From a phage, in NCBI GenBank assembly GCA_018296565.1, contig GCA_018296565.1_3935.1: 64,000 bases of DNA. One strand, written 5' to 3'. Both the position numbers and the translations under genes were made by a program. Below are positions 1 through 8,902 of this stretch, piece by piece (positions within the stretch are counted from its first letter, which is position 1; each line of letters starts with the position of its first letter). The notes beneath the pieces were generated by a model. That model made no database searches and had not been told where the DNA came from. It saw only the letters and a program-made list of their open reading frames with translations.

Positions 1-444
1 TTTGTATCTCACCTTGATGTTGAAATTGATGAAGAAGGCTACATCATTGGTTGGAAGAAAGTCTCTACTCGTGAAGGCAAGCTGGTTGACTCTCACACCT
101 ACAAAGTGCCTAATGATTTGGGTAACATTGTAGAAATGCCACGTTGGATGGTTGATAATAACCGTAACGTAACTTGCTCTCAAGGTCTTCATGTTGGTGC
201 TTGGGATTATGTTCGTTGCTTCTCAGGTGATACAATCCTGAAGGTTCGCGTACATCCACGAGATGTTGTATCTGTTCCAACTGATTACAACGATATGAAG
301 ATGCGTTCCTCTCGTTATGAAGTTGCAGCAATCGTTGATAATCAGCGTAAAGTGCTGAAAGCGTGGGATGGTAAGACTGAAGCTTTGCATGTCATCGTTG
401 GCACTGCTGGTGAACTCATCTCTCAACGTAAACGTGAAATCTAA
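1..444 (+). CDS. hypothetical protein, 5-prime truncated at window edge
   Basis: Frame 1 is open from nt 1 to stop at 444; followed by hairpin plus T-run. Confidence 0.6.
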   Translation, partial: FVSHLDVEIDEEGYIIGWKKVSTREGKLVDSHTYKVPNDLGNIVEMPRWMVDNNRNVTCSQGLHVGAWDYVRCFSGDTILKVRVHPRDVVSVPTDYNDMKMRSSRYEVAAIVDNQRKVLKAWDGKTEALHVIVGTAGELISQRKREI

Positions 445-457
445 TAAGTAATTCCTT

Positions 458-486
458 AAAAGGCTGCTCCGGCGGCCTTTTTTATT
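458..486 (+). terminator. rho-independent terminator-like hairpin plus T-run
   Basis: GC hairpin aggctgctccggcggcct followed by TTTTTT. Confidence 0.5.
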
Positions 487-513
487 TGTATTTTGTGCAG
501 AGTGCTGTATAAT
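485..513 (+). promoter_or_regulatory. sigma70-like promoter candidate
   Basis: TTTGTA, 17 nt spacer, TATAAT, about 30 nt upstream of the 545 start. Confidence 0.4.
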
Positions 514-544
514 TGTTGTCACGATAAACTAAACAGGAGAACCA

Positions 545-1093
545 ATGAAGAAATTGATTCTAGGTTTGTGCTTAATGTTTACAGCACAATTATCTTATGC
601 AGTTGACTGCCCAGAGCTATCAATTAGCCAAAAAGTAAACATGTTAAAAGCTTACCAGTATGGTGAGAACAACATGGGTAAAGGTTGGGGTATTACTCTA
701 GCTGCTATAGCCTTACAAGAGTCAGAGTTAGGTCTAAAGGTAGAGAATAAAAAGACCCATGACTATGGTATTTTCCAGAATCACTTGAAGACTGTTGTAA
801 AGCGTAACAAAATCAGTCCTAATGTGGCTAAAAAGAAGCTCTTAAAAGATTTTGATTATGCCGCTAAAGAAACACATAAAGAGCTTGAGTTTTGGACAAA
901 GGTGCATGGTCAGCCAAAGTCAAAGAAGACTTTACAAAAAGTTTTAGCATCATATAATGCTGGGTATTCGTACAAAATCCCTAAAGCTAAGAAATATTCT
1001 CAAGATGTCTATAACAACATGAAAGTTATTGCTCAATGTGAATTTGCAACAAACATTTCTAAGGTAAACCATGAAAAAATTAAGAAAGTCTGA
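545..1093 (+). CDS. lytic transglycosylase (SLT-domain) with N-terminal signal peptide
   Basis: N-terminus MKKLILGLCLMFTAQLSYA is signal-like; ALQESELG catalytic-Glu context, YGIFQ and ASYNAGYSY motifs typical of family 1 lytic transglycosylases. Confidence 0.6.
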   Translation: MKKLILGLCLMFTAQLSYAVDCPELSISQKVNMLKAYQYGENNMGKGWGITLAAIALQESELGLKVENKKTHDYGIFQNHLKTVVKRNKISPNVAKKKLLKDFDYAAKETHKELEFWTKVHGQPKSKKTLQKVLASYNAGYSYKIPKAKKYSQDVYNNMKVIAQCEFATNISKVNHEKIKKV

Positions 1094-1766
1094 TGAAGTA
1101 CTGTGCCATGCTTACGACTTGCACCCTCATGAGTTAGGTCTTGATTCCTGTGTATGGACTCCAGAACAGTGCAGGGATTTTGAAGATACTGCAAGAGAAG
1201 TTGTATGTTCACTTGAAGAGTTCCACACATCAGAACCAATTGTGAGCGTTGTGGACAAAGAGACTGGACAAACTGTAGGTGTAAGGCGTGACAGCTTAGT
1301 CATAGTCAATAAAGACCTTGTAGAAAAAGGTAACCTTATCTTAGCAGACATTGATGGTGTTCTTACAAATTTTAATCACGAAGATTACTCAACGGAATTG
1401 ATTGATGGGTCATTTTCACAGTACACTAATTTGCTTGACTCTGTAAGAGCAAAACCAACGTATGTTTTTAGTATTATTGATGCAATTGCTAATCATGCTG
1501 CCATTGGACTCTTGACAGCGAGAGGTGAATCTCAGAGAATACCTACTGAGATGTTTTTAAGGCATAACATAGAGCATGACTACATGCTTTTTATGCGTGG
1601 TTTTGGAACTAACTCTATAAGTGCAGAAAGTTTGAAAGTGAGGATGATTCAGTCTTGCATCCTGCCTTACTTTAATATAGTATGTTTTATAGAAGACACA
1701 GAGAAGAATGTGCAGAAGGTGAACAGAATCCTTCCACACATTAAAACCATGTTAGTTAAACATTGA
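1071..1766 (+). CDS. hypothetical protein, possible HAD-superfamily phosphatase
   Basis: LILADIDGVLT resembles HAD motif I (DxDG[TV]L); LLTARGE and FIEDTEKN resemble motifs II and IV; start overlaps upstream stop. Confidence 0.4.
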   Translation: MKKLRKSDEVLCHAYDLHPHELGLDSCVWTPEQCRDFEDTAREVVCSLEEFHTSEPIVSVVDKETGQTVGVRRDSLVIVNKDLVEKGNLILADIDGVLTNFNHEDYSTELIDGSFSQYTNLLDSVRAKPTYVFSIIDAIANHAAIGLLTARGESQRIPTEMFLRHNIEHDYMLFMRGFGTNSISAESLKVRMIQSCILPYFNIVCFIEDTEKNVQKVNRILPHIKTMLVKH

Positions 1767-1776
1767 GAGAAAACTT

Positions 1777-2241
1777 ATGAACAATATCATTACGGTAGCA
1801 CTGGACGATACGGTAAACAAATCTGCAATAGTTCGTAAAATTATTCAAGGTAACTTTGAAGGTAAAATTTTTCGTGCTGTTAATGTAAAAGCTGATGGCA
1901 GCATTCGTGAATATCGTGCATTATTGAATGTTAAAAAACACGTAAAAGGTGCTGGTTCAACTACTGCACACAAAGAAAACCTGATGACTATCTATGATAT
2001 GGGCAAGGCTTCAGAGTTAGGTGCTGAAGGTATCGTTAAAGAAGGTGCTCCGTATCGCTCTTTCAATCTGGAAACTACTCTTATGCTTTCCTTTACAAGT
2101 GGTTCTAAAACAATCACTTATCTCTTTACTGATGCTGCAACGGTATCTGCTATTAAGGATAGCACTGTCAAAGCTGGCGTAGTTGCTGCTGCAAAAGCTT
2201 CTTCGATGGCTGCGAATATCCTTGCTAAAGTCCTCGGTTAA
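1777..2241 (+). CDS. hypothetical protein
   Basis: ATG-initiated ORF followed by terminator. Confidence 0.55.
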   Translation: MNNIITVALDDTVNKSAIVRKIIQGNFEGKIFRAVNVKADGSIREYRALLNVKKHVKGAGSTTAHKENLMTIYDMGKASELGAEGIVKEGAPYRSFNLETTLMLSFTSGSKTITYLFTDAATVSAIKDSTVKAGVVAAAKASSMAANILAKVLG

Positions 2242-2252
2242 GGTTAAGATAC

Positions 2253-2276
2253 AGGCTCCTTCGGGAGCCTTTTTCA
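2253..2276 (+). terminator. rho-independent terminator
   Basis: aggctccttcgggagcct hairpin followed by TTTTT. Confidence 0.65.
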
Positions 2277-2293
2277 TTTCAGGAGATTGTTAA

Positions 2294-2641
2294 ATGACAT
2301 TTAAAGAGTTCTGTCAAGCTACTTTCATAATTGTTTTCTTAGTTGGGGCAGGTGTCTGGGGAGGATACTCTTACAGAGACTATCAAGTTGCTGAAACTGA
2401 GCTAAACAATCAAAAGCTCATAAGTGTTGCTAAAGATGCTTATCAGGAAGGATTAGTTACACTGAGCACCAATTACAAAAATGATTTGAAAGATGTGCTT
2501 GCTAAGAATAAGCACACAAAAGAGGTACTAACATATGAAAAAACTAAGCCAGAGTTTTATAATGTTTGTGTTACTGATAATTATGTCAGGGTGTTCAACG
2601 AACAAAGTGAACAGTACATTCAAAAACTCCCAAGTAAGTGA
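2294..2641 (+). CDS. membrane-anchored coiled-coil protein (i-spanin-like candidate)
   Basis: N-terminal hydrophobic segment FIIVFLVGAGVWGGY followed by charged helical region; the downstream lipoprotein gene starts inside this ORF in another frame. Confidence 0.45.
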   Translation: MTFKEFCQATFIIVFLVGAGVWGGYSYRDYQVAETELNNQKLISVAKDAYQEGLVTLSTNYKNDLKDVLAKNKHTKEVLTYEKTKPEFYNVCVTDNYVRVFNEQSEQYIQKLPSK

Positions 2642-2804
2642 GAGTGATAAGTACACTCAAGAAGAATCACGGTATATCATCAAAGGCAACACAGGCAGTG
2701 ATGTAGCAGCAGCACTTGAGTTCTATCGTGATGGCTTTTACCAGTGTACAATTAAAGCTAATAACCTTATTGACATGATTTTATTAGGGAATAAGCAGCA
2801 ATGA
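2535..2804 (+). CDS. small lipoprotein (o-spanin-like candidate)
   Basis: AAGAGG RBS 10 nt upstream; signal plus lipobox-like LIIMSGC; overlaps 3-prime end of the 2294 ORF. Confidence 0.45.
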   Translation: MKKLSQSFIMFVLLIIMSGCSTNKVNSTFKNSQVSESDKYTQEESRYIIKGNTGSDVAAALEFYRDGFYQCTIKANNLIDMILLGNKQQ

Positions 2805-3070
2805 CAGAGAATCAAGACACTTTCTATGTAGAAGGTTACTTACTGTTGCCACGACCAAAAGAAACTTATATGCGAATCGATTTCTTACCAACCATTATGG
2901 ATAATGTGATGTGTCATATCTTTATGCAAGGTGTCACAGCACAGCTTAAGCATGTTGGTAAAGATTGCAAAATAAAGGTTGACACTCATCCAGAAATCAA
3001 AGAGAATCACTACACATGGTTCTTACCAGATTCTAAAGAAATCTTAGCAGTTCTTAAAACGAGGAAGTAA
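2801..3070 (+). CDS. hypothetical protein
   Basis: ORF with ATG overlapping upstream stop. Confidence 0.5.
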   Translation: MTENQDTFYVEGYLLLPRPKETYMRIDFLPTIMDNVMCHIFMQGVTAQLKHVGKDCKIKVDTHPEIKENHYTWFLPDSKEILAVLKTRK

Positions 3071-3072
3071 CT

Positions 3073-3399
3073 ATGCAGATTAATGGAAGAGATTTTGTAG
3101 CCGTTTATTACGAGAAAGATAAAGAAGTTGGCGTAGCACAAGTATCTTATGGCAATGGTAAGTGGTTGTATGGGACAATCGCAGTAGTCGGAACAAGAAG
3201 TGATACAAAAACTTTTAAAGACTGTGTTGACCTTCTTGAAGAATCCATCCACAATCATTGGTGTCTGATATGGATGACTGATAACGAAGTGATGGAGCGT
3301 TTCAAAAAGATTGATATCAATATTGACAGTATTGAGCATGTTGATTTATATGAGCTAACTGAGAAGGTAAACTATGAAAGTAATACTAGCCAGAGATAA
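3073..3399 (+). CDS. hypothetical protein
   Basis: ORF, tightly packed operon. Confidence 0.5.
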   Translation: MQINGRDFVAVYYEKDKEVGVAQVSYGNGKWLYGTIAVVGTRSDTKTFKDCVDLLEESIHNHWCLIWMTDNEVMERFKKIDINIDSIEHVDLYELTEKVNYESNTSQR

Positions 3400-3601
3400 A
3401 AAGACACGGAAACTTATCAGGTCAGCAGTGTTCATTGGACGGAATGAGGTCATCCCATTTACAGCAAATGATGTGATAGCTTACAGGAAGAACTTAGTAT
3501 TTAGTGATTGCTTGCGTGGCTTCATCTCCCAACCATTGGAAGACTTTAAAAGCCGTTGTGGTAAAGGTATCATCATTCAAGAGGTAATTATCAATGGCTG
3601 A
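3374..3601 (+). CDS. hypothetical protein
   Basis: ORF with RBS gagaagg. Confidence 0.45.
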   Translation: MKVILARDKKTRKLIRSAVFIGRNEVIPFTANDVIAYRKNLVFSDCLRGFISQPLEDFKSRCGKGIIIQEVIING

Positions 3602-3794
3602 CTTCTGCAAAGACTGTTCTATAGAAATGTTTGGACGTGATACAGGTGACTTAAAAGGTCTTATCACTGAAGATGACTTTAAAGCTGGTTATGCAATGCC
3701 AGTAATCTGTGAAGGTTGTGGATGTATCTGGGTAGACCATGAGGGGCAACGTGTAAAACCTTCAGAAGATAAAGAATCTTGGGAGAGATGTTAA
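3594..3794 (+). CDS. hypothetical Cys-rich small protein (possible zinc-binding)
   Basis: CKDC ... CEGCGC cysteine pairs. Confidence 0.45.
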   Translation: MADFCKDCSIEMFGRDTGDLKGLITEDDFKAGYAMPVICEGCGCIWVDHEGQRVKPSEDKESWERC

Positions 3795-4580
3795 ATGGGT
3801 ATTGTAAAAATAATCAATGGTGATATCTTTGCCGCATTTGATAAAGGTAAGTTTGACATCATCGGTCACGGTTGCAACTGTATGAATTTAATGGGTGCAG
3901 GTATCGCTGACAAGATTTCTAAACTTTACCCAAAAGCATATGAGACCGATACAGAAGTTTATCTATATGCAGGTGGTATAGGACACAAACCCTGTGAAAA
4001 TTTACTGGGTAATTTCTCTGTAGCACGTTTAAAACAAGGTCGTATAGCTAACCTTTACACTCAGCTTAAGACTGGTAAAGATGCCCGATACAGTGCTTTA
4101 GAGTCATCTTTGAAACAGCTTAACAGATACTGTGAAGTCAATCAGTTGAAGAAAGTCGGGTTACCTATGATTGGTGCAGGTATCGGTGGGCTAGACCCTC
4201 AAGCCGTCACAGTTATCATTAATCAGGTGATGAAGAGTGTAGATGTTTATCTATATGTCTATGAAGGAGAGATGTACCACAAGTTACGCTCAGGTTGGAA
4301 GAACTACTGTGAACCAGAATACTTTGCAGGTGTAGTTGTGTTCACGGATAATGCAGTTACCCTCTTCAGACGAAGAAAAGGTAAGATACATCAAAGTAAC
4401 CCTCCGGTTGAAAAGATGTCTCTAAGTAACGCTCTAGTTACCCACCTGTCAAAGAGCAATCACAGAATTGCTGTAACATTTGGTAGTGATGCAGAAGCTT
4501 ATATCTATGCAAGAACTGATGAGGATATCGAGGCAATCTTCTCTTCACCAGAAGTTACCTTCTTAGACGCAAAGAACTAA
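3795..4580 (+). CDS. macrodomain protein (ADP-ribose processing, TARG1/DarG-like) with C-terminal extension
   Basis: INGDIF...DIIGHGCNCMNLMGAGIADKI and ...GLPMIGAGIGGLDPQ match macrodomain glycine-rich loops as in TARG1-type enzymes. Confidence 0.55.
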   Translation: MGIVKIINGDIFAAFDKGKFDIIGHGCNCMNLMGAGIADKISKLYPKAYETDTEVYLYAGGIGHKPCENLLGNFSVARLKQGRIANLYTQLKTGKDARYSALESSLKQLNRYCEVNQLKKVGLPMIGAGIGGLDPQAVTVIINQVMKSVDVYLYVYEGEMYHKLRSGWKNYCEPEYFAGVVVFTDNAVTLFRRRKGKIHQSNPPVEKMSLSNALVTHLSKSNHRIAVTFGSDAEAYIYARTDEDIEAIFSSPEVTFLDAKN

Positions 4581-4649
4581 GAAACTCTGTAGGATATTCA
4601 CAATAGCCTAAGCCTTTCTTATCTGGTAAATTTTTCAGGTAAGGAGGGC

Positions 4650-4832
4650 TTTTTCATTTCAGAATTGTGCAGGTAGAGTTCTGTAGAGAAATCTGTAGAG
4701 AGAATTTTGAACTCCAAAGAGAAAATTCATTTTCAAACTGTGCAGGTAATCTCCAAAGAGCTTTTTCATTTTCAAAACGTGCAGACTCCGCTCAGGTCGG
4801 GCAAGAAAAATCATTTTAGAATTGTGCAGGTA
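4650..4832 (+). repeat. four spaced copies of motif tttcatttYcaNaaYtgtgcaggta
   Basis: Copies at about 4650, 4726, 4761, 4808; a fifth partial copy follows the terminator at 2271. Confidence 0.6.
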
Positions 4833-5008
4833 GGTTTTTATAGACAGCCAGCCCAACACCTCTCCCCCTCTTACTCCCCCTCTCCCCAAAAGTCAATAGA
4901 AAAATTTGTAGCGGATTGAAAAATAATTCTTGATTTGCGTTCTGTTTTGTGGTAGTCGTGCGCACCCGTTTCATTACAGTTTTGCCAAAAATATTTTTAA
5001 AATTTTTA

Positions 5009-5037
5009 TTGACTCTTTGAACGTGGTTATCTAATAT
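5009..5037 (+). promoter_or_regulatory. sigma70-like promoter
   Basis: TTGACT, 17 nt, TAATAT, just upstream of first leader of the small-gene array. Confidence 0.55.
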
Positions 5038-5100
5038 TTACATCAACGGGGAGGGAATGACCTTCCCCACTAAATAAAATCCTAAACTGGAGATTCAAAA

Positions 5101-5289
5101 ATGGCATCAAGAAAAATTAAAGTTGGCGATGAGGTTAACATTAAGCACGAATACTCTTACAAAATGCTAACTATACGCTCTTATAAGGTTTATCAGGTGG
5201 AAGCTATCCACAAAGATAATACTTTTTCCTTAAAAGGGTATAGCGAACGTTTCCCTGCTGAACTCTTTGAGAAATGGAGCGCGAAATAA
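5101..5289 (+). CDS. hypothetical small protein (cassette gene, type B leader)
   Basis: Conserved leader catcaacggggagggaatgaccttcccc...ctggagattcaaaa then ATG. Confidence 0.65.
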   Translation: MASRKIKVGDEVNIKHEYSYKMLTIRSYKVYQVEAIHKDNTFSLKGYSERFPAELFEKWSAK

Positions 5290-5495
5290 TGCTTTACAGT
5301 CGTGAATTGATGGTTACAACTAACGTTAACACAAAGGTAAAACGTTTTTACATGCAAATTTGTGGCGTATGGTCCAGAATATCAGAAGCCGACTATTGCA
5401 ACTATGTAGAAACGGCTATTAATTCTAATTGCTACCTTACAAGAAACACTAAGAAATTTACAAGGCAGACAGCGATTTACTACTACGACAAATAA
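5289..5495 (+). CDS. hypothetical small protein
   Basis: ATG overlaps upstream stop (TAATG), GGAG 10 nt upstream; ORF track start 5274 is an alternative. Confidence 0.5.
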   Translation: MLYSRELMVTTNVNTKVKRFYMQICGVWSRISEADYCNYVETAINSNCYLTRNTKKFTRQTAIYYYDK

Positions 5496-5583
5496 AGTAC
5501 TTTACAGGGGGCTTAAAAGCTGATATCTTAAGCCCCAGATAAAGAGCTTTACTAAATTAACCCTTAAACTAGGAGATTCAAAA

Positions 5584-5964
5584 ATGGCTTATCGTGCACC
5601 GAAATTCATCAACAAAGACAACTTTCGCAACGCACTGGAGAAGTCACTTGATGAAAATTTTAAAGGTAACATTATCATTGTTCACGCATTCAATTTTAAG
5701 TATGATATTAACGGGAATAAAATCAACCATTACACGGCAACCATGATAGATGGTACTCTATCAAGTGAAAAAGCCATTTTACATGCACTTGCAGGACGTG
5801 GTAAAAACCTGATAAGATGCGATAAGAGACGTTATCAGGGTGGCGCATATGGTTATGATGATGCTGTTTATCATCTTGAAAATATGGGCTATTCAGTGGA
5901 AAAAGCTGGAGTGTCTCAAATAATCGGCAGTGACGGCTATGTGACAATTTTCAAAATTAACTGA
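5584..5964 (+). CDS. hypothetical small protein (cassette gene, type A leader)
   Basis: Preceded by ggggcttaaaag...taagcccc hairpin and ctaggagattcaaaa RBS block. Confidence 0.65.
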   Translation: MAYRAPKFINKDNFRNALEKSLDENFKGNIIIVHAFNFKYDINGNKINHYTATMIDGTLSSEKAILHALAGRGKNLIRCDKRRYQGGAYGYDDAVYHLENMGYSVEKAGVSQIIGSDGYVTIFKIN

Positions 5965-6053
5965 TAAAGTACTTTACAAGGGGCTTATAGTTCGATAAAG
6001 TAAGCCCCAGATAAAGAGCTTTACCACTAAATCCTAAATTGGAGAACTTAAAA

Positions 6054-6347
6054 ATGGCTATTATCAAAAACGTTGTAATTACTGCAAAGACTCGTGATGA
6101 CGCTCGCGTTATGGCTAAAAAGTTATGCGGGAAAGTGGTTGACAATGGAAAACAATCTGCTGTAAGGTGGGGCGTGAAGGTTGATAAACAGTTGAAGTTA
6201 AAAAATTCACCGATAAACCTTTTTACATGTGTAAACACTATCGGGAAGACAAATGTATACACAAAAAAGGCATACATTAGACGCGTAGCATTAACATCCC
6301 CCATTCGTACAATGAGAAGTTACGCAAAGCTGAAAATTAACAAATAA
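6054..6347 (+). CDS. hypothetical small protein (cassette gene, type A leader)
   Basis: ATG at 6054 directly after conserved leader; ORF-track start 6039 is TTG inside the leader. Confidence 0.6.
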   Translation: MAIIKNVVITAKTRDDARVMAKKLCGKVVDNGKQSAVRWGVKVDKQLKLKNSPINLFTCVNTIGKTNVYTKKAYIRRVALTSPIRTMRSYAKLKINK

Positions 6348-6432
6348 AGTACTTTACAAGGGGCTTAAAAGTTGATATCTTAAGCCCCAGATAAAGAGCT
6401 TTACCACTAAATCCTAAACTGGAGATTCAAAA

Positions 6433-6945
6433 ATGAAAACTGTAGACGCTACCTTTGAAGTTGTAAAAGAAAAATTCACAATTATCTATGAAGCGGTAAA
6501 TTGCTACGAGTCAAGCCATAATCTTGACAATTGGGAGTTTACAGACGCCCATCAGGGCGGCGTGACTATTAAAAACCCCAACTGTCAGCGTAACGATTTT
6601 AAATATGCAATCCCTTTAAATTATAGCCTTAAACAGCTTTCTAGTGACTATGCAAAACAAGGCCGGGAAAACCCATCAAAAGGGGCTTACACCAGCTTAC
6701 AGAAAGAACTAGAAAGAGATTTAGAGGCTTCAGAATACAACCTTGCCGCGAAAGTTGTGGATGCAAACGGTAACACGGTTTTAGAAAGTTTTTATCTTGG
6801 CTATGCTTTCGATTGGTGCTATCGTGACGGCGATGATTTAGAGGATAGACTAAAAGAAGAGGTGAATAATTCAGACGCAGAATCTGAAGTATTAGAACGT
6901 TTGGAATCGTTGAAAGACTCAGTGATGAATATCTTTAAGAACTAA
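6433..6945 (+). CDS. hypothetical acidic protein (cassette gene, type A leader)
   Basis: Conserved leader plus RBS; 170 aa. Confidence 0.65.
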   Translation: MKTVDATFEVVKEKFTIIYEAVNCYESSHNLDNWEFTDAHQGGVTIKNPNCQRNDFKYAIPLNYSLKQLSSDYAKQGRENPSKGAYTSLQKELERDLEASEYNLAAKVVDANGNTVLESFYLGYAFDWCYRDGDDLEDRLKEEVNNSDAESEVLERLESLKDSVMNIFKN

Positions 6946-7036
6946 ATAGATTTCTTTACACGGGGTTATCAAACTGGTATGATAGCCCCAGATAAAGAGA
7001 TTTATCAAATTAACCCTTAAACTAGGAGATTCAAAA

Positions 7037-7333
7037 ATGAAATTATCAAATAAAGTTAGGGAAAATCTAAGCAAGTTACTCAACAAAATTGATTTTATCG
7101 AGACCTCAAGAAATACTCATGAGGTTATGGAATGGTTACACGGCAAAATAAAAGGCCGTCGTGTAGTGATTTGCTTATGGAATAGTTGCAGGGAGTATAA
7201 AAAGTCTGTATTGCAAATTAATGTTTATGATGATACTTGTAAAAGTCCTGTTAAGTCTGAAAGTGATTTACTAGATTCTTATGAGATAACTGTAAATGGC
7301 AAAGTGTCACGTAAAGAGGAAGCACTATGTTAA
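7037..7333 (+). CDS. hypothetical small protein (cassette gene, variant type A leader)
   Basis: Leader hairpin ggggttatc...gatagcccc with compensatory changes. Confidence 0.6.
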   Translation: MKLSNKVRENLSKLLNKIDFIETSRNTHEVMEWLHGKIKGRRVVICLWNSCREYKKSVLQINVYDDTCKSPVKSESDLLDSYEITVNGKVSRKEEALC

Positions 7334-7659
7334 TGATGGGTATCACTGCAATCATTGCTATTATGGCGCTATATAAGGCGTACAGCGCCTACAATCTGGC
7401 AAGTAAGGCAATCACGCAACAGGTCAATAATAGCCTTGTAATGAGTTTTCTGGAGCGTTTAAGTGATGAACAAATAAAACGGTTAGAAATGAGCTTCAGA
7501 TTTCAATCAAAAACTTATCAAATCAGCGACATTTTCAAAGATAATTTTCAGCTTGTCGATGATTATAACTCTCTGATAAATGCTTTAAATATCAGTGACT
7601 TAAAAGACTATTACACTGTAATTGTCCAAGAACTGAACAAACGAAAAAATTTCTCTTGA
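7327..7659 (+). CDS. hypothetical protein with N-terminal hydrophobic segment
   Basis: MLMMGITAIIAIMALY hydrophobic N-terminus; overlaps upstream stop. Confidence 0.5.
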   Translation: MLMMGITAIIAIMALYKAYSAYNLASKAITQQVNNSLVMSFLERLSDEQIKRLEMSFRFQSKTYQISDIFKDNFQLVDDYNSLINALNISDLKDYYTVIVQELNKRKNFS

Positions 7660-7749
7660 TTTTAGTTTTAAAAACAAGTAAATTACTAATCAACGGGGAG
7701 GGAATGACCTTCCCCACTAAGTAAAGTCCTTAAACTAGGAGATTCAAAA

Positions 7750-8022
7750 ATGTACACTACTAACAACGGTCGCACCTTAAACGTAACCCTACGCCACTAT
7801 GTGAACGGTGTAATGCACTTCGAGGATTTACAAGCTGAACAGCACATTTTGGATTGGCAACTTGCAGGATTCCAAAAAACTGCTACCGGATACGGGAAAA
7901 AGATTCCAACTAGCTGGAAAGTATACTACGAAGGCCGTTTGCGTAGAATTTATCAAGATGTATGCGGCAATAGCGCATCAAGTTACGTCATAGTAAAAGG
8001 CAAAAAGCTGCATTTAGCATAA
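7750..8022 (+). CDS. hypothetical small protein (cassette gene, type B leader)
   Basis: Conserved leader plus RBS. Confidence 0.65.
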   Translation: MYTTNNGRTLNVTLRHYVNGVMHFEDLQAEQHILDWQLAGFQKTATGYGKKIPTSWKVYYEGRLRRIYQDVCGNSASSYVIVKGKKLHLA

Positions 8023-8107
8023 AGTACTTTACAAGGGGCTTATAGTTCGATAAAGTAAGCCCCAGATAAAGAGCTTTACCACTAAATCCTAAACTGGAGA
8101 TTCAAAA

Positions 8108-8512
8108 ATGGCTATTAATAATCGTGAGTTATCTATCTTAAAAGCACGTTTGACCGTCAACCGGATTAATGTTATCACATCATCAGCACCAGATGAAACA
8201 CTGCAAAACATTATCGGAAAGATTCAAAGCGTTATTTTAGACGTTGAAAACGTAAAAAATTCATTGGCTGACGTTGCAGCAGGTATCACACTAGACGGTG
8301 CGCAATATGAAATGTCCGACATGTTAGGCAAATCTAAGGTAATGAATAAAGAGTTAGATTTGAAAATGTTCCGATTTGCTGTTAAAGTGTGGCTATCTGT
8401 CGAGTATGATGCTAACTTTGCAATCGCTGACTTTTTCGCCACTTGGTTGCAGCGTAATTTGACTAATCATGACTTCCGCGATATCTGTGATGCAATTTAT
8501 GCAGAACTCTAA
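8108..8512 (+). CDS. hypothetical small protein (cassette gene, type A leader)
   Basis: Conserved leader plus RBS. Confidence 0.65.
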   Translation: MAINNRELSILKARLTVNRINVITSSAPDETLQNIIGKIQSVILDVENVKNSLADVAAGITLDGAQYEMSDMLGKSKVMNKELDLKMFRFAVKVWLSVEYDANFAIADFFATWLQRNLTNHDFRDICDAIYAEL

Positions 8513-8521
8513 AAAATTTTG

Positions 8522-8550
8522 TTGACACTGGTTTTTAGATAGATTAAATT
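8522..8550 (+). promoter_or_regulatory. sigma70-like promoter candidate
   Basis: TTGACA, 17 nt, TAAATT upstream of type B leader. Confidence 0.45.
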
Positions 8551-8613
8551 ACACATCAACGGGGAGGGAATGACCTTCCCCACTAAATAAAGTCCTAAAC
8601 TGGAGATTCTAAA

Positions 8614-8811
8614 ATGGCTATTATTAACGGCTTAACCATTGAAACTACACACATCAAAGATATCAAAGTTGGCGATATAGTCCTTTCCCACGGCGTAGAA
8701 AAAACTGTCACTGCAAAGGATATCAAAGAGGATTCTTTCATGGGTAGGACTCTCTTCGGTGATTCTTATTGCTTAGGTTATCTTGCAGTTTTAAAAGTTG
8801 TCAAAAATTAA
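8614..8811 (+). CDS. hypothetical small protein (cassette gene, type B leader)
   Basis: Conserved leader plus RBS. Confidence 0.6.
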   Translation: MAIINGLTIETTHIKDIKVGDIVLSHGVEKTVTAKDIKEDSFMGRTLFGDSYCLGYLAVLKVVKN

Positions 8812-8902
8812 CAAATAAAGTACTTTACAAGGGGCTTAAAAGTTGATATCTTAAGCCCCAGATAAAGAGCTTTACACAGTCCTTAAACTAGGAGATTAAA
8901 AA

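Noticed and set aside
4659-4919. ORFs 4659-4889 (minus) and 4707-4919 (plus)
   Set aside because: Both lie wholly within the repeat and polypyrimidine region, overlap each other on opposite strands, lack an RBS and have low-complexity translations.
6039-6053. ORF-track starts at 6039, 10659, 28629 and 30031
   Set aside because: These starts use non-ATG codons or lie inside conserved leaders or tRNA genes; downstream ATGs with proper RBS spacing (6054, 10752, 28692, 30046) were preferred.
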